A stretch of 64,000 bases of DNA from Octopus sinensis. Lineage: Eukaryota. Shown here one piece after another: positions 47,725 to 59,335 of this stretch (position 1 is its first letter; every line of letters begins with the position of its first letter). The stretch covers positions 992,001 through 1,056,000 of the forward strand of contig NC_043024.1 in the NCBI RefSeq assembly GCF_006345805.1, written 5' to 3'. The position numbers and the translations under genes were made by a program. Under the pieces are notes generated by a model. The model had not been told where the DNA came from. It saw only the letters and a program-made list of their open reading frames with translations, and did not search any database.

Positions 47725-50164
47725 CTGGGGCTCCACCCTTATTGCAGCCCCTATTTGTTCCACGTACTTCTCGAGATTTTTGCTCACTGTTCCCAGGGCT
47801 CCGACAATTACTGGAACTACTGCTACCTTTTTGCACAACCACTTCTCCCATTAATTATGTCACCAATGTAACACAAGCTGTTAATTACCCATCAGGAGTC
47901 AGCTGAGGATTCCATAGATTCTACATCTGGTCAACTCTTAAGATACATTGCTCCAATGCATCTTCCACGTACAATGCTTCCTTTTTCTGTTGGTCAGCCT
48001 CTTATTCCTCTACATCATTTGCACATCTTTAGCTTATGACAGGCACAGCATATTGTGCTTCTTCCATGACTAAAAAAGGTAAAGTTATCTCCTTGACCCA
48101 TGCCTTCTCATCAGGGCTGTTTTCCTGGTTTCCTGGTTGCCATGGCGTATAAATTCCCCACCTGGATGGGATGCTAGTCCTTCACAGGGTCACTCATTTT
48201 GAAAGCTGAATGGACTGGAGCAATGTGAACTGAAGTGTTTTGCTCAAGAACACAACACATCACTCAGTCCAGGAATCAAAACCACAATCTTACAATCAAG
48301 AGTCCAACACAGCTTGTCACTCATCTGACTCGCTTTATAACTACGAAGATGATTCTTGAGTCCAGCTTTACTGAGGCAGGGTCTTGCACAGACACTGCAT
48401 GTCAGCATCATAGGAAGACCCTATACATGCATACATACATTTTAATCATTGTCCTTTAAATCTTAAAGTCTCGCAGATTTTCATTCACACACACACCCAC
48501 CAACGTGCCTGGAGCAAAGTATAGTTGAACTTGGGTTCTTGGGTAGAGGGTGCAAATCCTAATTCATACACTACAAATGATCACGATGTCTGGGTTTCTA
48601 AAACTCTGCAAGGCCTTTAAAGGACCATTGGTTAAAACAAGATGCTTTCCTTCTCAACCTTGCTACCAACTTGATGGCTGGTCGAAATCTACTCTAAATT
48701 TAAAAGAGAAAGAGAAGAATGAACACACACACACACCACACACACACACCACACATACAAACACACACACACACACCACACAAACACACCACACAAACAC
48801 ACACACACACCAAAAACACACACACACACGCACGCACACACACACACAGAACTTTGCCGAAAAATTACAGAAGCCTTTGCGTCCCTTTTGTAACTTATTG
48901 GACGGTTGTACCCAACTGGGGGTTTGTGCGCGTTTGGACTCGGATGAAAGGAGACGGACAGACGAACGGACGGACGGATGGATGAACCGATTGATTTTAG
49001 TAATAAAACAAAAAAAGATGATATCAAAACAGTCTGATATCGAGAACACGTGAATGGTTTTGTTGTTTAGTTTCCGGATCAGCTCTGATCGGACAAATTT
49101 TCGCGGGGACTCCAACCGTGACCACCCCGTTTTTTATTAATCTTTCTTTTAGTTCTTCTGTCTCTAATGTATTCTTTCTTTATTTAAGACTTATTTTTTG
49201 GATTTAAAGGCGATTCAGTTGCTTTTGTTGCAGGTCGAACGACTTACGACAAAGGAAGGCTTTGTTGGCCTCACCTTAATAAGGAGAAGTTTTATAGGTA
49301 AAAAATTCACTATTAAAGGGTTGTGGTGAGACTCTGCATCAACATTTCGAAGTCTTGCTCTTCGTCTGAGGCTGGGAGGGAAATAGAATGGTTCTTGCTT
49401 TGGTCTCCAGCTGAAGATTGCGATTACAAGAATGGAGATGGTCGAAGGGAAATAACTGCGAGGGAATTGTTGAATAAGTCTAGAGAAGTTATTTCCCTTG
49501 CATCATTGATGCTATTTCATTGAAAACGGCGATTTCAACGTCCAGTTCATTCACAACTTTCGTGCTAACGTTAATTACAATGTAGATTCTGCAGGGCTGA
49601 CCGACCTGCGTGAAACAAGAGTCAAATCTCGCGGAAAATCGTCTAAAAGATTTAAAAGAATAGATTGGCAGAGTCGCTAGAATGTCAGAAGAAATATTTT
49701 GCTGTATTTTAGGAGGCAAGGGATACTTTCTGAGTTCGACTCCGACTGACGTCAACTTCGCCTTTCGTCCTTCCAGGATCGACAAAATAAGGAACGAATC
49801 AAATATTTTATTTTTGCCAATCCTAAATTTGAAACTATTGCTTCATGGATGTTTCATCTGGAAAAGGCTTCGTGGTTTTATTAGTTCGTCCGTTGTTAAT
49901 GACGATTACCGAATCGGGGGAGAAGATGGGTCGTGATGTGTCTGGTTGTGGCCAATTAGTCGGATGCGTGTTCGGAAGGCTCTGCCACAGGTCACCAACT
50001 GGTCGTCTGCTGGGAATAAAGGGCAAAAAGTTGGCTCTGGACTGGCACAACGTTTTCTTTCTGTACCTGCAATCCTGTTCTGTTTACAGGGGACGACATC
50101 TTTGTTGGTGCAGCTTCGCTAAGTAGGGCGGTTTTGTGCTTGCGTTTCCCAGGTGCTGGGATCG

Positions 50165-50420
50165 ATCTTAAAGATCTTCAATGAAGCTTTTGAGTGAATC
50201 TTTGAAGCATTTTTGTGTGTGTTTGCCTTCTGTCAGTTTGTTGTAAAACAGTCTCGTAGGGAGTTGCGTGTCTGGCAGTAAAACAAGGTGGCCTGCCCAT
50301 CTGAGTGGCTTTCTCCTCAGAAGTGTGCAAATGCTTAGCAGACCAGCTCGAGAGAAAAGGCATCTAATTAAACACTGCACTGCAATCACTGACGACATTA
50401 GGGGCAGATACATGCACTTT
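50165..50420 (-). mobile_element. RTE-type LINE fragment
   Basis: RAGLLSICTLLRRKPLRWAGHLVLLPDTQLPTRLFYNKL...FKDSLK. Confidence 0.8.
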
Positions 50421-52206
50421 GCAGGACATTGCTGAAGGACTAAGGACATTGCTGAAGGACTAAGGACTTAGCCCTTCACCCCAACACAGATGTACAAGGG
50501 TCTGCTGTCCAGCAAAAAACTATATTGATCATCTTTCTGCAGACATGTGATGTTGCTCTTTCGACTTACCAAACTCTTCGGGGAAGAATCATGATTGAGT
50601 CACACAAATTCGAGCAAGTTCTTTCAAACAATTATTATAAGGACATTATGGTTAGAATCTCACGTAAAATACTTTGCAGTATTTGTTGTGGTGCTTAACG
50701 TTCCGAGTTCGATTCACACCAAAGTCAACTTTGCCTTTTATATTCCTTGCAATAAAGGGACCAGGCAAGTACTTGAGCTGATTCAATCAACTTACCCCTA
50801 AAAGTTGATCACGGAGATGGATTAGGGGTGATCTGGGTATAAATAATTGCTTAGGTGTGGGAATAGCTGAGTGGTTAAGAAATTTGCTTCCCAACCATGT
50901 GGTCGCTGGTTCAGTCCCACTGTGTGGCATCTTGGGAAATTGTCTTCTACTGTAGACCCAGACCAAAGCCAAGTGCATTGATTTGGTAGATGGAAACTGA
51001 GAGAAGATTATCGTATATAATGGCGGGGAGGGGTGGCCCTGAAATCAGAATGTGATGAGTTAGAAGAAATGCTACAAAGCACTAATGGTCCTGCCACTCG
51101 CTACAGGAGTTGGAACAAATAATTCTTTCTAATTTTGGCACAAGGCCAGCAGTTTTGAGGAGAGGAAGCAAGAAGATTAATATCAACCTCAGTACTCAAT
51201 TAGTATTTATTTTAACAATCCCAGAAGGATGACAATCAAAGTTGACCTTGGCAGAATTTGAACTCAGAACCTAATGTGTCGAAAGGAATACCACCACCAC
51301 CTCACCATCTTTTTCTAATGTCTGCTTTCCATGCTGGCATGAGTTGGGCATTTTGACAGGAGCTGGCAAGGCCAGGGGCTGCACCAGCTTCCATTGTCTG
51401 TTTTGGCCTGGTTTCTACAGCCAGATGCCCTTCCTAATGCCAACCACTCCACGGAGTGTGCTGGGGAGCTTTTTTATGTGGCACCAGCACCAGTGGTTTT
51501 TACATGGCACCAACGCTGAGAGGATTACCAAGCACCTTGCAAAAGAAAAACCCCTCAACTGGGGAATAGTATTGAGGGTCTGTGGCTTTGTACCGGTTGA
51601 GAGATTTAATATATTGAGGGGACAAATATAGATGTCTTGCTGTGTATACAGGGATGATCCAGCTAGAAAAAAGACAAAGTGAGTTGGTGAGAAAAAAGCA
51701 CTTTTTTTATGACATTCCAACAGCTCTGCCAGCTCACCACCTTAGCCAGGAATTAATTAATAATTAATTAATTAATAAGGACAATCACCAAGTCTTTCAT
51801 AATCAACAACATAATCAAGAGATTTAGAAAAATCAATTTATTTTCAGAAAAATTAATAATAATAAAACCAAGTTTGATTTTTACGTCACAAATCATTCCA
51901 ACATTTTATCTTCCTATCAAAATATTCCACTTATCATAGTGTAGCTCCATCTTTTTGTGTTGTTGTTGTTGTTGTTACATGCCCCCCCTGTTGTAGATTT
52001 TGTTATCCGTCTCATGGGATTGCCGTGTAGATTTAGTGAGAAGCAAAAGAACCTAAAACTCCATTGTATTTTTTGCACAAAACTGATTGGTAAGACCAGC
52101 CATGATGGATTCTTAATTCTATAAAATTCGTATAATATACCCATTCTACAGACAGATATACAAGTGCATCTTCTCCCTGACTAATGGTCTCTTAGAAGAC
52201 TCATGT

Positions 52207-52250
<44 letters not shown>

Positions 52251-52254
52251 CACC

Positions 52255-52545
52255 ATGATCACCATGACCGACCAGGCTATCAGATGTTGCTACCCATCGC
52301 TGGTCACAATGCGCTTCGCATTGTTTTAGCCTTCAAATGACGCCACCCCACTGGCTAAGCGAGCAGGCCAACAGAAGAAAGAGTGGTGAAAGAGTACAGC
52401 AGGGATCACCACCCTCTGCTGGAGCCTCGTGGAGTTTTTGGGTGTTTTCACTCAATAAACACTCACAATGCCCGGCCTGGGAATCAAAACCGCGATCCTA
52501 CAACTGCAAGTCCGCTGCCCTAACCACTGGGCCATTGCGCCTCCA
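52255..52545 (-). mobile_element. SINE family D
   Basis: GGCGCAATGGCCCAGTGGTTAGGGCAGCGG head; homologous to 58420-58737. Confidence 0.85.
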
Positions 52546-52754
52546 CACACACACACACACATATATATATACGATGGGTTTCTTTCAGTTTTCGTCAACA
52601 AAATCCACTCACAAGGCTTTGCTTGGCCACAGTTATAATAAAAAGACATTTACCCATGTGGTTGGGAAGCAAACTTCTCAGCACACAGCCACACCTGTGC
52701 TTATATACATACATACATATGTATATATATACATATACATATATATACATATAC

Positions 52755-52802
<48 letters not shown>

Positions 52803-52816
52803 ATATATATATAAAC

Positions 52817-52859
<43 letters not shown>

Positions 52860-52895
52860 TATGTATTGGAAGGTTTGGAGATGATGTACAGGTAT

Positions 52896-53106
52896 TATAT
52901 ATTAGAAGAAATGAGGTACTCAGAAATTCGGATGGTTTTATATTTACAGATATTTATTTGTATATTACATGTTTTTATAAATCATATATTAGCGCTTTCA
53001 TCCACTCTATTAGCGCTAATATATGATTTATAAAAACATGTAACATACTAATAAATATCTGTAAATATAAAACCATCCAGATTTCTGAGTACCTTATTTC
53101 TTCTAT

Positions 53107-53112
<6 letters not shown>
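52896..53112. repeat. ~100-bp-arm palindrome of a hammerhead-bearing repeat
   Basis: Arms ~52896-52996 and 53012-~53112; loop TTCATCCACTCTATT; single-arm copy at 58761-58925. Confidence 0.88.
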
Positions 53113-53154
<42 letters not shown>

Positions 53155-53638
53155 GTTGACAAAATTAAATGTTGTCATTCAATGTTATAATGAGATTTTG
53201 ATTGAAATCATCATTTTAAACTGCATACTTTAACCCTTTTTTCACTGACCTGCTGCCTGACATAGCTTCCCTGATTCTATGACACAGCTTCCCTGCTTCA
53301 ATTCCATGTCAATTTACGTTCCAAACACCAGATTAACAATGACAAAGTTGGTTGACCGAATTCTTCATTGTTTTCAAATTAAATGAAACAAAGTGTTTTT
53401 CAACAGAATTTTGGTAACAAATGAATGCAGAAGGTCTTGGTTGGTAACAAAAAAAAGGGGGGTGGAATCATAGAATGTTCTGGCACAGCAAAGTAAAATC
53501 ACTAACTAGTTGGTTAGTGATTGGTTAATGACAGTCAGAATCCACAATTTGCCAAACGATCATTCGACCCGAAATGGTGAAGAGAATTTCTTTGATTATC
53601 AATAACATCTTGGTTTTCACAGGTAGACTCAAGTTTAA

Positions 53639-53975
53639 CCGTTTATTGTTTAAACCAGTCATACCTGGCCCAAATGTTTCACCTGTTTTATGTTCAAATT
53701 GGCCAGATCCAGCCTCTCACACCAACCCTATGCAATGTCATTCTAAAAATAAACAATCACATCACTGAAACCTCAAATCTATATAATAATAATAATAATG
53801 AAATTATTGTATACAGTGTTCAGGTGCACCACAGCTTATCAAAAATGCGTATAAAGCATATGCAGTGATGTACAAATGTCTGGGAAGCGAACAGTGTACG
53901 TATGATAATGCATGATTGAATCAAAGCAAAAAGAAGAGGAATTACATTTGATGAAGTAAAGTGGATGCTGAAGGG
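53639..53975. mobile_element. piggyBac-type MITE, second family
   Basis: TTAA at 53635-53638 and 53976-53979; right end homologous to the partial copy starting at 2942. Confidence 0.6.
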
Positions 53976-54579
53976 TTAAGAGACAATTAAGGAGAGAAAG
54001 GCTGAACTGGATTTGGTTTTGGAAAAGAAAAGGGCTTAGAAAACCTGATCCCTGGTACAGTGAGAGTAACTTACAAAGTCAAGGTTTTATCATTTTTGCC
54101 AGAGTACACTCATTTTAGGAGGGTCTGAATGTTGTTGCATAACCCCAGGTCGGGCCTGATTGAGCAAACTTATGAGCAATGTTGTTCAAGTCCTGACTCT
54201 GGCATCTTTTTTGTATATCTGGGACAGACTCTTTTTTTCTTTAAGATGGTTGGGTATGATTCAAAAGCATTTTGCTACTATTTCTAACAAGCTGGGTAAC
54301 TACACAGCAGCTTCCTTGTTGATATGTAGAGGGTCCAATACAACAAATAGGTGTAGACATGGGGAGTTGTTCCTTGTTGTTGTTTAGCCGTGGGTCAGCA
54401 GACTTATTACTAAAGGTGTTCCAACCATGACCATCCTGTCTATTTTCAAGTATATATTTCAAGACCTAGATTGTTTTTTGTTTGTAACTAATGAAAGAGT
54501 TTTTGAGAAATTTTGACTGCTATTTCTAGCGAATTCAGTTGGTTGATATATTTGCATGGCAGTGAATGTAGCAGTTGTG

Positions 54580-55884
54580 CTAAGACTTGGACAAAGGCAT
54601 GGATCCGAAACAGACGCACGCAATGGTCCCTCCGAACCCCAGAGAATTGCTAAGAGCAATCCAGCGCTGTGAATCGTCAGTAAGTTTGGAGCTGTGAATG
54701 GGAACCAAATCCAATCCAGTGAATTCTTCATCGGGATTCTCTAAATTAATCGTCGGTGGAATGTCCCCAGTCTTCAAACTGAGAACAGTGAATAAAGCTT
54801 CTATGCTTCCAGCTCCCCCCAGTAAATGTCCCGTGGCGCCTTTAGTTGAAGATATCTTCAATTTATCACAGTGGTCTCCGAAGAGCCGCCGAATGGCACG
54901 GATTTCAGCGGCGTCACCGAGTGGCGTTGAGGTTGCGTGTGCGTTTATGTAATTTATCGCTGAAACATCGACCCCAGCTTCTTCAATGGCCATTTTCATG
55001 CAATGGTAAGAACCATACCCGTCTTCTCTGGGGGCAGTAATATGGTTTGCGTCACCAGTCAGACCGTAACCAAGGACTTCAGCATAAATGGGAGCATTCC
55101 TTTGTTTAGCATGCTCCAATTCTTCGAGAACAAGCAAAGCCGAACCTTCCGACATGACGAACCCGTCGCGTTGACGGTCAAAAGGACGCGAGGACTTGTG
55201 TGGTTCTTCGTTGAAATTTGTGCTCAACGCTCGAATTTTAGCAAAGCCTGCAATTGCCAGTGGATTGACAGCAGCATCGACACCTCCTGCTAACATTACA
55301 TCAGCAGAATTGTATTTGATTAGTCTAAAAGCATCGCCAACACTATGCAACCCCGTGGCGCAGGCTGTCGACACCGAATGGTTCGGACCACACAAGGAAT
55401 GCTTCATACTTATATGTCCGGCTGCCATATTAATAAGTATTTTAGGGATGAAAAAAGGGCTCACTTTTTTATAACCTTTCTCATAGAGTGTCTTACCACT
55501 GTGGAAAATTTCTTCCATGTCAACCATGCCCACTCCAACGGCCACGCCAGTCCGTAGTCGGTCCATCTCGGATTCGGGTTTCCATTGAGCATCTTTCAGG
55601 GCATTTTCGGCCGCAATTAACGCGTATATGGAAGACAAAGACAGGATCTTCTTCTGGGAAGGGGTTACAAAGCTGTCGATGTCTACAATGTCAGACGAAT
55701 CGTCGTTTTGTCCCGATCGGGGAACGACCCCCGCGATGCGACACGGAATGTTTTGGTAAGCTTTGTCCTTCAAACAAGATATTCCAGAGTCGCCGGCCAA
55801 TATTCGCTGCCATACTTTTTGGACATCACTTCCTAAGCAGGACACAAGTCCAGCCCCGGTCACTACCACGCGTCGACCACCCAT
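54580..55884 (-). CDS. OXSM: 3-oxoacyl-[acyl-carrier-protein] synthase, mitochondrial (KAS II/FabF family); uninterrupted 434-aa ORF, possibly lacking an upstream N-terminal exon
   Basis: RRVVVTGAGLV N-terminus, VSPFFIPKILINMAAGHIS, STAC175ATG, SRPFD..RDGFVM.EG, YINAH316ATSTPLGD, STK348GATGH353LLG, NSLGFGG; close resemblance to eukaryotic OXSM. Confidence 0.97.
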   Translation of the reverse strand: MGGRRVVVTGAGLVSCLGSDVQKVWQRILAGDSGISCLKDKAYQNIPCRIAGVVPRSGQNDDSSDIVDIDSFVTPSQKKILSLSSIYALIAAENALKDAQWKPESEMDRLRTGVAVGVGMVDMEEIFHSGKTLYEKGYKKVSPFFIPKILINMAAGHISMKHSLCGPNHSVSTACATGLHSVGDAFRLIKYNSADVMLAGGVDAAVNPLAIAGFAKIRALSTNFNEEPHKSSRPFDRQRDGFVMSEGSALLVLEELEHAKQRNAPIYAEVLGYGLTGDANHITAPREDGYGSYHCMKMAIEEAGVDVSAINYINAHATSTPLGDAAEIRAIRRLFGDHCDKLKISSTKGATGHLLGGAGSIEALFTVLSLKTGDIPPTINLENPDEEFTGLDLVPIHSSKLTDDSQRWIALSNSLGFGGTIACVCFGSMPLSKS

Positions 55885-55889
55885 GGGGC

Positions 55890-55915
55890 CTGAAAAGTTC
55901 CGATCAAGGAAGGAT
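55890..55915 (-). promoter_or_regulatory. Splice acceptor 5 nt upstream of the OXSM ATG
   Basis: Minus strand CCTTCCTTGATCGGAACTTTTCAG|GCCCCATG. Confidence 0.6.
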
Positions 55916-55989
55916 TTCGTCTCAAGATTTCAAAACAAAACCAAAATCAATGAAGGAAAGAAGGGAGGTAACTGCGTTAGTCACGATTT

Positions 55990-56155
55990 CACTTGTTTTC
56001 TGCTCTTGGCACAAGGCCCGCAATTTTGGGGGAGGAGGGGCCAGTAGATTAGATCGACCCCAGTACGCAACTGGTACTTGATTTATCGACCCCGAAAGGA
56101 TGAAAAGCAAAATCGACCTCGGCGGACTTTGAACTCAGAACATAAAGACAGACGA
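55990..56155 (-). mobile_element. SINE family B
   Basis: Reverse complement of GAGTTCAAAGTCCGCCGAGGTCGATTTTGCTTTTCATCCTTTCGGGGTCGATAAA. Confidence 0.8.
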
Positions 56156-56765
56156 GTCAAGATATCACTATTATTAATAAACTTGAGATATTAACCAGAA
56201 ATATTAGAATGCCGTTTTATTTATTCTGTTGTGTCTGGGGAAAGTCATTTTCTTTTTGTGCCTTATAATATATAACACCAGTGAGTGTGTTACATAATAA
56301 GGCACAGAAAAAGAGAATGTCTCTCCCCAGACACAACAGAATATGCTTCAACACACGAACTCACATAAAGAATCTTGCAAACCAAATCCAAAAACGAAAT
56401 ATTTATTTATTGATATTATTAATGATTTCCCGAAAAAATGTTATTTTCGTCATCAATATGCAAAACTACATCAGAACAACACACTTTGAAAGATATCAGG
56501 TTGTTGGAAGAAAGTTAAGAAGAACCTTAGTTTATTATAATCATTAATTTATTTAACATTTAATTGATGTTTCAAGACTTTAATAAATGATTTAAGAATT
56601 TATAATTACATTTCTCTAGTTTAATAACTTTTTTTTAGTGGAAGAGTTATTCACAGCAACAGTTGCGTAGAGAAATACGAAACCAACGTATATGTATGAA
56701 GATGTATAATTGCTCGAAGTAGGATGATTTTTAAAATTTTAAAGCAAATAGAAATAATTTATTTC

Positions 56766-57003
56766 GGATCTTTTTACTTTGACCGGCAGATTTAAAAAAT
56801 AATTTCTTTGTAACTCAGCACTTTTAAACTTCGTATACTGGTAGAATGTGTTACATAAATAGCTTACAAACTACAGAATTTTCTCAAGAAAGCCAAGAGA
56901 AAGAGATGTTTTATGTAACACTTTCTACCAGAATACGAAGTTTAAAAGTGTTTAGTTACAAAGAAATTATTTAAAAAATCTGCCGGTCAAAGTGAAAAGA
57001 TCC
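56766..57003. repeat. Inverted-repeat element (~94-bp arms), MITE-like
   Basis: 56766-56859 is reverse-complementary to ~56910-57003. Confidence 0.85.
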
Positions 57004-57639
57004 TTTATTTCTTTGAATAGATAACTCTAGAGTTTAAAACTTGTTAATGATAGCTTCTCACTTGTTTGGTTTTGAGCACTTGTGGAGCGAATCTCAAACA
57101 GACAAGGGGAAAAGCCGGGTGATTTTTTAGAGAGTAACTCTTTTGCTAATGTCCGTTTGCAACCTCCGGTGATACCCGGTGATGAGTGAACCCTAAAGTT
57201 TCGACCAAGCAAGGAGCATGAGATATTCTTTATGTATCACACTTAAGATATACAGACTATTGATTGGGCAGTTACTGCAGTATTTGTCCAAAGATAACAT
57301 ATCTTATGGACGTGCTGGACGAAAAAAATAATTATCAGAGAAAAAGAAATGAAAATTCGTCTCAGCAATTACCAGTGTCAGATACATTTCAGCCGCTACT
57401 TTAATTATTACCACAGTTACATAAACCGTATTTTTAATCAGTTGGGCGGCTATTCGCAACATCAGTGAATATTTTATTCACTTTTTCGTATATCAAAGAC
57501 GACGAATTCTCGTTCAAACGAGTATGCGCCTTTTGAAATGGCCCTACTTGGTGCTCTTGCTATCCGCTGCTGGGACGAATTTCTCTCTCTCTCTGCTATT
57601 TATTTATTGTTTTGTAACACTGCAAGTGCACGTAAACTA

Positions 57640-57965
57640 TAAACTGGCACTCCGTTGATTACGTGGACGAGGATTCCAGTTGATCCGCTCAACGGAACAG
57701 CTTGCTCATGAAATGAACGTGCAAGTGGCTGAGCAGACGACAGACACGCGAACCCCTAACGTAGTTCTCAAGGAGATTCAGCGTGGCTGAGAATGTGGCA
57801 AGGCTGGCCCTTTTGAAATACAGGTACAACTCATTTTTGCCACCTGAGCGGACTACATCAACACGAAATAAAGTGTCTTGCTCAAGGACACAACGCACTG
57901 CCAGGAATCGAATTCACGACCTTAGGATTGTGAGCCGACTTTCCTAACCACTGAGCCACGCACCT
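57640..57965 (-). mobile_element. SINE family C
   Basis: Reverse complement homologous to 459-775. Confidence 0.85.
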
Positions 57966-58419
57966 TCACAAAAACTATTACCTCAGGACAAATACAGCTG
58001 TAACAGGCCTATTGACTATGATACGTAGGCGGCTATTTTAATTAACTAATGCCTCAATTGCGTGAACCGGGTTTTTAGCATAAATGTACAGAAATCGGTA
58101 AACATAACAATATACAAAGAGACCGTAACAGTTCCATATCGAGAGTGAAGCTAATGAGTGCGTCTCTTCATGGTCGCTGAACAGTGAGTGCTTTTGATGA
58201 ATTGAGGTTGAAGTGAGACCAGACAACAATAACAAATAATATGGAGTCAGCCAGAGAGCCTCATTATTTGCGTTGCCATATGTCTTTGCCTTCCAGAACA
58301 CGTCCTGTATTCGGGTGTTCAAATTTGCATCTGAGAAGAGCTTTTTTAATTTTCCGAAAGTCCGGAATTTTCAGCTTCCATTACTTTAAAAATTATATGT
58401 GTGTGTATGTCTATATCCA

Positions 58420-58737
58420 TCACCGTCACCGTGATCACCGTGACCGACCAGGCTATCAGATGTTGTTACACATCGCTGGTCACAATGCGCTTCGCATTGT
58501 TTTAGCCTCCAAATAACGCCACCCCACTGGCTAAGCGAGCAGGCCAACAGAAGAAAGAGTAAGAGAAAGTTGTGGTGAAAGAGTACAGCAGGGATCGCCA
58601 CCACCCCCTGCCGGAGCCTCGTGGGGCTTTAGGTGTTTTCGCTCAATAAACACTCACAACGCCCGGTCTGGGAATCGAAACCGCGATCCTACGACCGTGA
58701 GTCCGCTGCCCTAACCACTAGGCCATTGCGCCTCCAC
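58420..58737 (-). mobile_element. SINE family D, full length
   Basis: Head GGCGCAATGGCCTAGTGGTTAGGGCAGCGG...GGTTTCGATTCCC, tail (CACGGTGAT)n. Confidence 0.88.
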
Positions 58738-58760
58738 GCATATATATATATATATGTAAA

Positions 58761-58917
58761 ACTCCACTAGAGTGGACGAAAGCGCTAATATATGATATAT
58801 GATTTATAAAAACATGTAATATACAAATAAATATCTGTAAATATAAAACCATCCAGATTTCTGAGTACCTCATTTCTTCTAATATATAATACCTGTACAC
58901 CATCTCCAAACCTTCTA

Positions 58918-58925
<8 letters not shown>
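58761..58925 (+). mobile_element. Repeat beginning with the 3' half of a hammerhead-like motif
   Basis: TCCAC TAGA GTGGAC-GAAA-GCGCT-A; AGCGCT palindromic stem III; 5' core absent; same family as 52896-53112. Confidence 0.5.
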
Positions 58926-58951
<26 letters not shown>

Positions 58952-58964
58952 GCATGCATGTACA

Positions 58965-59335
58965 AGGGGAAGTCAAATTATCTGCACTGCTGCCAAGGCC
59001 TTCTTTAGGTTTGCCACACTACTTTCTGTGTTTGTGTGCCAAAAGGTGGAAATTCTTGTGGTTACATAACAACTGAGATTTAGCCTTGATTGTTCCAGTT
59101 TTCTTTCTTGTGTTACAGAGTAAACACGACCAATCTTCTGGCAGAGTGCACCAAGGAATCACAGATTAGGGATCTGGTCTGAAGTTGTGTCAGGGGCTGA
59201 AGTTCATCACAGGCCTTCAGTACAATGCAGGGACAATACTCTATCGTGTAGAAGTGTGTATTGAGAAGTTTAAAAATGGCTAGACAAGCATAAAGCGTGG
59301 AAAGAGAGCAGGATGCCCCATCAACCTCTGTCACA
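58965..59335 (+). mobile_element. mariner transposase 5' remnant
   Basis: WSEVVSGAEVHHR...DNTLSCRSVY..EKFKNG*TSIK...RAGCPSTSV, a degenerate mariner N-terminal HTH region. Confidence 0.7.

Noticed and set aside
54580-55884. Bacterial fabF acquired by horizontal transfer or contamination
   Set aside because: Motifs (VSPFFIPKILINMAAGHIS, TACATG, HATSTPLGD) fit eukaryotic OXSM; it has a splice acceptor and host SINEs on both sides.
459-58737. tRNA genes at the SINE heads
   Set aside because: A/B boxes are present but there are no complete cloverleaf acceptor stems, and each continues into a multi-copy SINE body.
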